Source of the DNA: Dehalococcoidia bacterium
Lineage (GTDB): Bacteria > Chloroflexota > Dehalococcoidia > DSTF01 > WHTK01
Assembly (NCBI GenBank): GCA_965219205.1
Contig: CBDCMQ010000007.1
Location: forward strand, 3,812 to 67,811
Direction of reading: 5' to 3'
DNA: 64,000 nucleotides
The notes under the pieces were generated by a model that saw only the letters and a program-made list of their open reading frames with translations, had not been told where the DNA came from and ran no database searches. Every line of letters starts with the position of its first letter. Position 1 is the stretch's first letter. Below are positions 57,686 through 64,000 of this stretch, piece by piece. A program made the position numbers and the translations under genes.

Positions 57686-58798
57686 CTAATCGATCGTGAA
57701 GGCGCCAACCGAAGAAATTGGCGGCAGGTCGGAAACCAAGCGACGCCATGTGTCGCCCTCGTCCGCGCTGGCATATAGCTGCCCAGTATTGGTACGAAAG
57801 TAAATGCCGGCCGGCTCCAGGCTGTCAGTGCACATCGCTTCGCGATATGTCCCCATGTAGGCACCATCCTGCGGCAGCCCGCTTGCGAGCGGCTGCCAGC
57901 TAGCTCCGGCGTCACGGGTGCGGTAAACGCGTAGCTTGCCCTCCGGGGGACAGCGGAATACATCTGCCTGCAACGGCAGGACATAAGCCGTGTCGGGATC
58001 TTTCGGATGGGCAGCCATCACCAAACCAAAATCGGAAGGCAAGCCATCGGTGATATCAACCCATGTCTCGGCACCATCGTCACTGCGGTAGGTTCCCCAG
58101 TGCGTCTGGGCGTAGAGCCGGTCACCCTTACCAGGCGCGCGCACCAGGTGATGAACGCATTGGCCCACTTCCGGATACAGCTCCGAGCTGGCGTCGTGCT
58201 TCGCCTGGACGCTCTTAATCTTGTGGTTCATCGCCTGCCAGCTGGCGCCGTCGTCCTCGCTGCGAAACACACCGGCCGCGGAGGTCGCGATCCACATTCG
58301 CCGAGCATTCAGTGGGTCCAGGACTATAGAGTGCGTGATCAAACCTCCCGCTCCGGGGTACCACTGATCACGCGTTGGATGGTTGACCAGCGCCTCATTC
58401 TGCGACCAGGTTTCGCCCGAATCGGCCGAACTAAAAAGCGTAGCCGGATCCACACCGCAATAAAACTGACCCGGTTGAGAATCTCGGCCTGGCTCGATCC
58501 GCCAGATTCGCTCGACGGTAAGCCCGGTTGCCGGCGCAAAACGCGGCCGAGAAGCATCTTCCTCCCAGATCGCGCCCAAATCAAGAGAAGTTGCGATTCG
58601 GCTACCAAACCAGGGGTCGTTTGCCGTGGCGTAAATCTTTCCGGTGCGTGGGTCGAGCATCGCATGGTTGACTTCGCTTCCGGGCAAGAACGGCCCTTCA
58701 AGCCCCCACTCGCGGCGCTGACCGTCGTTCTTTAGTAGAAACACACCTTTGCGTGTGCCGAGTACCAGAATGAGCCCAGAGAATCCAGCCACCGCCAT
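57686..58798 (-). CDS. BNR/Asp-box repeat beta-propeller protein (sialidase/Ycf48-like fold)
   Basis: Repeated SxDxGxTW motifs (SADSGETWSQ, SEDDGASWQAM, RSDDGAETWVDI, TRDAGASWQPL, SADEGDTWRRL). Confidence 0.6.
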   Translation of the reverse strand: MAVAGFSGLILVLGTRKGVFLLKNDGQRREWGLEGPFLPGSEVNHAMLDPRTGKIYATANDPWFGSRIATSLDLGAIWEEDASRPRFAPATGLTVERIWRIEPGRDSQPGQFYCGVDPATLFSSADSGETWSQNEALVNHPTRDQWYPGAGGLITHSIVLDPLNARRMWIATSAAGVFRSEDDGASWQAMNHKIKSVQAKHDASSELYPEVGQCVHHLVRAPGKGDRLYAQTHWGTYRSDDGAETWVDITDGLPSDFGLVMAAHPKDPDTAYVLPLQADVFRCPPEGKLRVYRTRDAGASWQPLASGLPQDGAYMGTYREAMCTDSLEPAGIYFRTNTGQLYASADEGDTWRRLVSDLPPISSVGAFTID

Positions 58799-58928
58799 CG
58801 AGTTACCTCCAGATTTCGGCTGTCACCGCCATCGACGCCGGTCGCCAGTATAGACCTCTATCACTACTTCGAACCGTACATTCTTGCTCGCGCGGCCAGC
58901 CCTTCCGGCAGGCTGCTAAACTTTTTCC

Positions 58929-59279
58929 ATGACCAAAACCCGGCGTGTTTACTCGTCCGATGGCGATACCATCGACTTCCGCAAAGTCCAAAAGCCCAAG
59001 GCCAAAAAACCGGCGTCAGGCGCGCCGCCTGTGCCAGAGGACGGCGTGGTGCGGATCTTCCGCGAAACTGGCAAACGCGGCGGGAAGACCGTTACGGTGA
59101 TCCGCGGTCTGCCGGAACGCGGCCCCGCCCTCGAAGCGCACGCGCAGGAGCTCAAACGCCTCTGCGGCGCCGGCGGCACGCTAAAGGACAACACGATCGA
59201 AATCCCGGGCGACCATCGCGATCGGGTTGCCCAGCGTTTGCGAGACCTCGGGCATACCGTCAAGCTAGCCGGTGGTTAA
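58929..59279 (+). CDS. SUI1/YciH-family translation initiation factor-like protein
   Basis: ..GKRGGKTVTVIRGL..LKRLCGAGGTLKDNTIEIPGDHRDRV.. Confidence 0.8.
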   Translation: MTKTRRVYSSDGDTIDFRKVQKPKAKKPASGAPPVPEDGVVRIFRETGKRGGKTVTVIRGLPERGPALEAHAQELKRLCGAGGTLKDNTIEIPGDHRDRVAQRLRDLGHTVKLAGG

Positions 59280-59350
59280 CTTTAAAAGCCCAAAAAAACC
59301 CTTTCGCGAAAGATCTATCAAAACTACCTCACAACGTCTGCTGCTTCGCG

Positions 59351-59423
59351 TTTACAATGCCCAGGTACCAGCATTCGCCGGACCCCGGTAACCCCCTTTA
59401 GTCAGAATCCTTCAAAGTAGGAG
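59351..59423 (+). promoter_or_regulatory. Leader of paralog 10: tttacaatgccc -10-like box and TTTAG-box (ccctttagtcagaatccttcaaagtaggag)
   Basis: Direct sequence inspection. Confidence 0.4.
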
Positions 59424-59430
59424 CCCTGCC

Positions 59431-60790
59431 ATGACAATCGCCTCTAGAAGCGAAGAAATGCTGCGGACCGTGAACCTCGAGACCGGTACCGTTGACCGGC
59501 GAATTTTCTTCGAACAAGACATCTACGACTTGGAGATGGAGCGTATCTTCGCCCGCGCCTGGAATTTCATGGCTCATGATTCGCAAATCCCCAACCCCGG
59601 TGACTTCTTCATGACTTTCATTGGCGAGGACCGCGTAATCTGCGTGCGCGATAACGAAGGAAAGCCCCAGGTGCTGGTCAACAGCTGCCGTCACCGCGGC
59701 AACGCCATCTGCCGGGCCGACGAGGGCCACGCAACTAGCTTCATGTGTACCTACCACGGCTGGACTTACGATCTAAAAGGCGCTCTTGTCGGCGTGCCGG
59801 GCTTCAAGGAGGTCTATCACGAAGAACTCGACCGGGGAGAGCTGGGGCCTAATCAGGGCCACGCAGGTCGACACCTACAAGGGATTCATTTTCGCCAATT
59901 TGGACCCTGAAGCCTCTGGCCTTGAAGGATACCTCGGCGAAGTCGGCAACATGTGCCTTGACCAGTTGGCCGAACGCGGTGATATCCGTATCGTCGCCGG
60001 CATTCAGAAATACACTATTCCTTGCAACTGGAAGTTTGCTGCCGACAATGTTTGGGATTTCTACCACCCAAGCATCACTCACGTATCCTCTTTTATGGCC
60101 GGCAACTGGCGCAAAGCGGCGCCAGGCGCCGAGCCGCAGGCCCCGGCCCGTCAGGGCCATACGATCAACAGCCTCGAGCGAGCGCATGTCGTCGTCCTCG
60201 GTGAGTACGGTCACGCACTCTCTGGTCCCAAGCTCGACGAGCAGGGATTGGAAATGCGCCGCAATTTCGGCGGCGACAATCGCTGGCGCGAGCGCCCCGA
60301 AGTCAAGGCGACTCTCGGACCGGTCGGGCTCAAAGTCAGCGAACATCCCCAAATCTTCCCCAACCTCTGGCTCGCGACCGGCGGCGGCCAACTCAGCCTC
60401 AGGCTGCCCAAGGGTCCCGGCAAAACTGAGATTTGGTGGTTTACATTGATCGACAAGGATACAGAGGCGGAGATGCACGAAGTTCAGAGGCATCGCGCCA
60501 CTCATGTTTTCGGCCCGGCAGGCATGCTGGAGCAAGAGGATGGTGAGAATTGGGGCGAAAGCACTCGCGCCAATGCCGGCGTCGTTAGCCGTCGATTCCC
60601 GTTGCACTATGCAGCGGGCCACGGCCACGATGAGGTCATCGAAGACGAAGGCGGCCCACCCTATGCCGAAACGATGGTCAACGAGCACGCCCAACTCTGG
60701 CACTATCGCGCCTGGTCGGAATGGATGGCCGCCGATAGCTGGCAGGACCTGAAAGCCACTCACTCGCAGGTGCCGCGCGACCGACTTTAG
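59431..60790 (+). pseudogene. Rieske oxygenase alpha subunit paralog 10 with +1 frameshift in a G-run near 59835-59840 (possible sequencing error)
   Basis: ..ELDRGELGPNQ.. instead of ..ELDRENWGLIRATQVDTYKGF; correct continuation found in 59786-60790 frame. Confidence 0.55.
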
Positions 60791-60836
60791 GAGGTCGAAG
60801 CGTAGCCTGACCGCCTGTAGGCGGGGAGCAAAGCGG

Positions 60837-61287
60837 CTATCTTATTTCTCTAAGCAAATCCAGGGCGGCTGCGTATTTCTCGTCCAGGCGAGTTCTGGTT
60901 GCCTCGTCTTGGATCATTTCAAGTCGCCCTTGGTTATTACGAATGTCCGCCTCCTTGATGACAAGGGCTCCCGGAGTGTCAGCCGTACGGTGCAAAAATG
61001 CATCGTACTCTTCGCCCTCCCGTCGAGTGAGAGCATCCAACTAGGTCGCAAATCTCTGGTGAAAAGCGCAGTGACAAAGCCTCTAGTGACACGTCGCAGT
61101 CCTCAACGATGTCATGCATTACGGCCGCCGCCTGTTGGTCAAAGTTGCCGCCCTTGTCTCTGACGGCCGCCATCACCCGCAGCGGGTGCAAGATGTACGC
61201 CTCACCGCTCTTGTCTACCTGCCCGGTGTGAGACACAACAGCCAGCTCAATTGCGCGTTCAATGACTGAGTTAAGAGATTCGTTCAT
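60837..61287 (-). pseudogene. HD-domain phosphohydrolase, frame disrupted near 61020-61090
   Basis: ..LHPLRVMA..AAVMHDIVED.. HD motif in one frame, ..LTRREGEEYDAFL..IKEADIRNNQ.. continuation in another. Confidence 0.4.
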
Positions 61288-61328
61288 CTGCAATAATCTC
61301 GTATCGCTTGAAGTAATATGACCTAGTC

Positions 61329-62066
61329 GTGGAGCACACTCTAAACCAATTTGACCAGCCGATTGGGCTACCTTTGCCAGGTTGGCAACCGCCGGCGTCA
61401 CCGGCTCGCGAGCCGATGGTTGGCCGCCTCTGCCATCTTGACCCTGTGGACCCTCCAAAGCACGCCACTGAACTGTTCGATGCGTTCTCTCTAGACTCAG
61501 ATGGCCGCAACTGGACCTATCTTCCCTATGGGCCCTTTGCAAATTTCGAGTCCTTCCGAGAGTGGCTAGTCTCCTTTTGCTTGGGAGACGACCCTCTCTT
61601 CTTTTCCATCGTCGCTGAGTCCACAGGCAAGGCGTCGGGAGTAGCCAGCCTAGTGAGAATTGAGCCGCGCGGCTCGATCGAGGTTGGCCACATTCACCTT
61701 TCGCCTCTCCTTCAAGGCAAGGCCGCCGCAACCGAGGCGATGTACTTGATGATGAAACGGGCCTTTGAACTTGGCTACCGCCGCTATGAATGGAAATGTG
61801 ACGCCCTCAACGCGCCTTCGCGGGCCGCGGCCCAACGCCTTGGTTTTTCTTTCGAGGGCATCTTCCGCCAGGCCGTCGTCTACAAAGACCGTAACCGCGA
61901 TACCGCCTGGTTCGCCATGACTGACACGGACTGGCCGGCGATTCGTGAAGCTCTCGAATCATGGCTCGACCCGGCAAATTTCGAACGGGACGGCCGCCAG
62001 AAAACCCGGCTTTCTCACCTGACCATGCCACTACTTCACGAACCCCTCGGTTCGACGACGTCCTAG
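61329..62066 (+). CDS. GNAT family N-acetyltransferase
   Basis: 245 aa; acetyl-CoA-binding-type motifs (..GKAAATEAMYLMMKRAFE.., ..RLGFSFEG..). Confidence 0.7.
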   Translation: MEHTLNQFDQPIGLPLPGWQPPASPAREPMVGRLCHLDPVDPPKHATELFDAFSLDSDGRNWTYLPYGPFANFESFREWLVSFCLGDDPLFFSIVAESTGKASGVASLVRIEPRGSIEVGHIHLSPLLQGKAAATEAMYLMMKRAFELGYRRYEWKCDALNAPSRAAAQRLGFSFEGIFRQAVVYKDRNRDTAWFAMTDTDWPAIREALESWLDPANFERDGRQKTRLSHLTMPLLHEPLGSTTS

Positions 62067-62093
62067 ACCTTTAACCTTCGATAGGAGAGTTAC

Positions 62094-63491
62094 CTAAATC
62101 TCCGGATGCCTCTCGTGCCAGGGAGTAGCCTCCTCATACGCCTGGCCAATTCGAAACACGGTCGCCTCTTCAAAGGCGCGTCCGGCGATCTGCATACCTA
62201 GCGGCAATCCCGACTCGGAGAACCCGCACGGCACCGATATCGCCGGCAAACCTGAAAGATTGAATGGGCTCATGTAGCTCGGAATTCTATTCCTCAAGTC
62301 AGCGTCCAAGCCGGCAAAAGCATCTGCCGGCTGCCCGCCGGTAGGCGAGAGAATAGAGTCCACTCCTTTGAGGATTTCTTGAATTTGGCCAGTGATTCGC
62401 GTTCGTGCACGCTGTGCCTGAATGTAGTCAACCGCGGTGAAGAAGGCTCCTTCTCGGACCCGGTTACGCACGTCCGCTCCCAAGTCCTCAGGACGCTCTT
62501 GCAGTGTCTTTTCGTGATACGCCGCCGCCTCCGCCAAAAGAATTGTGGTGTTGGCGGCCCGGGCGTTGATAAACGGCTCCGCGTCCACTTCCACAAGTGT
62601 CGCCCCCAAGCCCTCGAAGACTCTCAGCGCCGCTTCGAAAGCCGCCATTATCTCCGGGTTGGTCCCTTCCTTCTCGTCAAACCAGGCGCAAGGCACGCCT
62701 AGCCGCATCCCGCTCACTCCAGCATGCAAATCAGCGCTGAAGTCAGGCACGGGCAGGTTGGCCGAAGCAGCATCCTGGGCGTCATAGCCGGAGATTGCCT
62801 GTAGAAGCAAGGCGCAATCTTCAACTGTGCGCGCCATCGGCCCAGCATGGTCCAGCGACCAGCTTAGCGGCACCACTCCGTAACGGCTTACGCGGCCGTA
62901 GCTCGGCTTGATGCCGACAATGCCACAAAATGAGGCCGGTCCTCGAATCGATCCCCCTGTGTCCGAGCCCAGCGCGCCGTAGCACAGGCCCGCCGCCAAG
63001 GCAGCACCGCTGCCACTGCTCGAGCCTCCCGGCACATGGTCCAGGTTCCAAGGATTGCGCGCCGGGCCGAACTGATGCTCAAAGTCGGGCGCTCCGAAGG
63101 CGAATTCATGCATGGTCAGCTTGCCCAGCAGCACCGTCCCGGCCTCACGCAACAGTCTCGTCGTCGTTGCGTCCTCGTCCGGTATCCAGGTTGCCAGCGC
63201 ATCGGAGTTCGCGGTCGTACGGATTCCCTTAGTCGCGTAGAGATCCTTCAGGCCGATTGGAACACCGTGCATCGCGCCTCGGTCCCGGCCCTGAGTCAAC
63301 TCCTGCTCCATTTCCTTCGCAGCGGCCATGGCGAGGTCGCGGGTCGGTGTGATGAAGCTGTTTATCTTTCCATCAACTGCGTCGATCACCTCAAAGCAGG
63401 ACTCGGTCAGCTCGACCGGTGAGACCTTCTTGGATTTCACCAATGCCGCGGCGTCCGCCAACGTCAGATATCGCAGATCCTCGCCCGCCAT
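62094..63491 (-). CDS. Amidase-signature family amidase (GatA/AtzE-like)
   Basis: ..DHVPGGSSSGSGAALAAGLC.. AS signature; 465 aa. Confidence 0.8.
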   Translation of the reverse strand: MAGEDLRYLTLADAAALVKSKKVSPVELTESCFEVIDAVDGKINSFITPTRDLAMAAAKEMEQELTQGRDRGAMHGVPIGLKDLYATKGIRTTANSDALATWIPDEDATTTRLLREAGTVLLGKLTMHEFAFGAPDFEHQFGPARNPWNLDHVPGGSSSGSGAALAAGLCYGALGSDTGGSIRGPASFCGIVGIKPSYGRVSRYGVVPLSWSLDHAGPMARTVEDCALLLQAISGYDAQDAASANLPVPDFSADLHAGVSGMRLGVPCAWFDEKEGTNPEIMAAFEAALRVFEGLGATLVEVDAEPFINARAANTTILLAEAAAYHEKTLQERPEDLGADVRNRVREGAFFTAVDYIQAQRARTRITGQIQEILKGVDSILSPTGGQPADAFAGLDADLRNRIPSYMSPFNLSGLPAISVPCGFSESGLPLGMQIAGRAFEEATVFRIGQAYEEATPWHERHPEI

Positions 63492-63493
63492 GA

Positions 63494-63694
63494 TTATTCC
63501 CCGTCCTCACCGGCTGTGAAGATCGGAGCTGGTTCCAGCTCGGGGCTGATAACTTTTCGTATTTCGTCTGCCATCTGGCGGGTTCGTTGCAGGCCGGGGG
63601 CCAGCTTCTCTACATCCTCATCATTCAGGTTGAAGCCGGCACGTGCCGCCAACGCCTTCAACGTTTCACTTTGTACCGCGTCCTCTTCCGACAT
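63494..63694 (-). CDS. Small GatC/AtzG-like protein, translationally coupled to the downstream amidase
   Basis: 66 aa; ..ETLKALAARAGFNLNDEDVEKLAPGLQ..MADEIRKV..EPAPIF resembles GatC fold; stop 2 nt from amidase ATG. Confidence 0.4.
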   Translation of the reverse strand: MSEEDAVQSETLKALAARAGFNLNDEDVEKLAPGLQRTRQMADEIRKVISPELEPAPIFTAGEDGE

Positions 63695-63828
63695 GCTTCG
63701 TTCCTTCCTCCTATGGTTCGACTGCACCTGTGCCGCGTGCTAGCCTCTCTCGTCAGCTTTAACTCTTGGTCCTACACTATGGCGCCGCAGAAAGCGCTCT
63801 TCGACGCACCGTTCGGCCCTCTCCAGCA

Positions 63829-64000
63829 CTAAATGTCCGGATGTTTCTGGTGCCAGTCTGTCTTGCTTTCATACGCTTGGGCAATTCTTAGCACGGTGGC
63901 CTCATCGAAAGCCCGGCCTGCTATCTGCAACCCAATCGGCAGCCCGCCGTTCGAGAATCCACATGGTATCGAAATCGCCGGCAGTCCCGTCGTATTGAAG
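63829..64000 (-). CDS. Second amidase-signature amidase, C-terminal end only (continues beyond window)
   Basis: ..WHQKHPDI* and preceding sequence closely parallel the C-terminus of the amidase at 62094-63491. Confidence 0.5.
   Translation of the reverse strand, partial: FNTTGLPAISIPCGFSNGGLPIGLQIAGRAFDEATVLRIAQAYESKTDWHQKHPDI

Overview
High-GC (about 62%) bacterial window with ATGA gene overlaps and AGGAGG ribosome-binding sites. LLM-class oxidoreductases, a mycoredoxin-like domain and a DinB-like protein hint at an F420/mycothiol lineage (Actinobacteria or Chloroflexi-like), but that is inference only. The window is an accessory/catabolic island dominated by a ten-member paralog family of alpha-only Rieske non-heme-iron oxygenases. 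Each is about 440-470 aa with the N-terminus MTIAYRNEEM, the Rieske motif CRHRGN-x-CRA-x-EGH ... CTYHGW and the Fe motif NWK..DN..D.YH....H. Seven are intact and three disrupted, with no beta-subunit, ferredoxin or reductase gene anywhere in the window. Several paralogs sit in tandem, with signs of recent segmental duplication, a gene-conversion tract, and a 25-bp tandem repeat seeded from the 3' end of one copy. A recurring leader element, a TATAATGCC -10-like box followed by one to three TTTAGTAAGAATCTCTAAAAGTAGGAG-like boxes ending at the ribosome-binding site, precedes at least six Rieske genes, an MFS transporter and a paired ABC exporter operon, suggesting one regulon. Around the oxygenases are repeated amide-bond modules (two AsnB-like amidotransferase homologues, three amidase-signature enzymes including one with a small GatC/AtzG-like partner, three GNAT acetyltransferases), LLM and Gfo/Idh/MocA oxidoreductases, aromatic-catabolism hydrolases, four MFS transporters, an IS481-family insertion sequence, a two-component/PepSY/ABC-2 locus, a thiol-redox islet (CcdA, mycoredoxin-like domain fused or frameshifted to thioredoxin reductase, zinc-ribbon protein), and an operon of a membrane-anchored beta-propeller protein plus two paralogous, highly acidic, repeat-containing proteins of unknown family. 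Three otherwise intact genes carry a single in-frame TGA, and several others are frameshifted at homopolymer runs; whether this is gene decay or assembly error cannot be settled from sequence alone. No rRNA, tRNA or CRISPR array was found.
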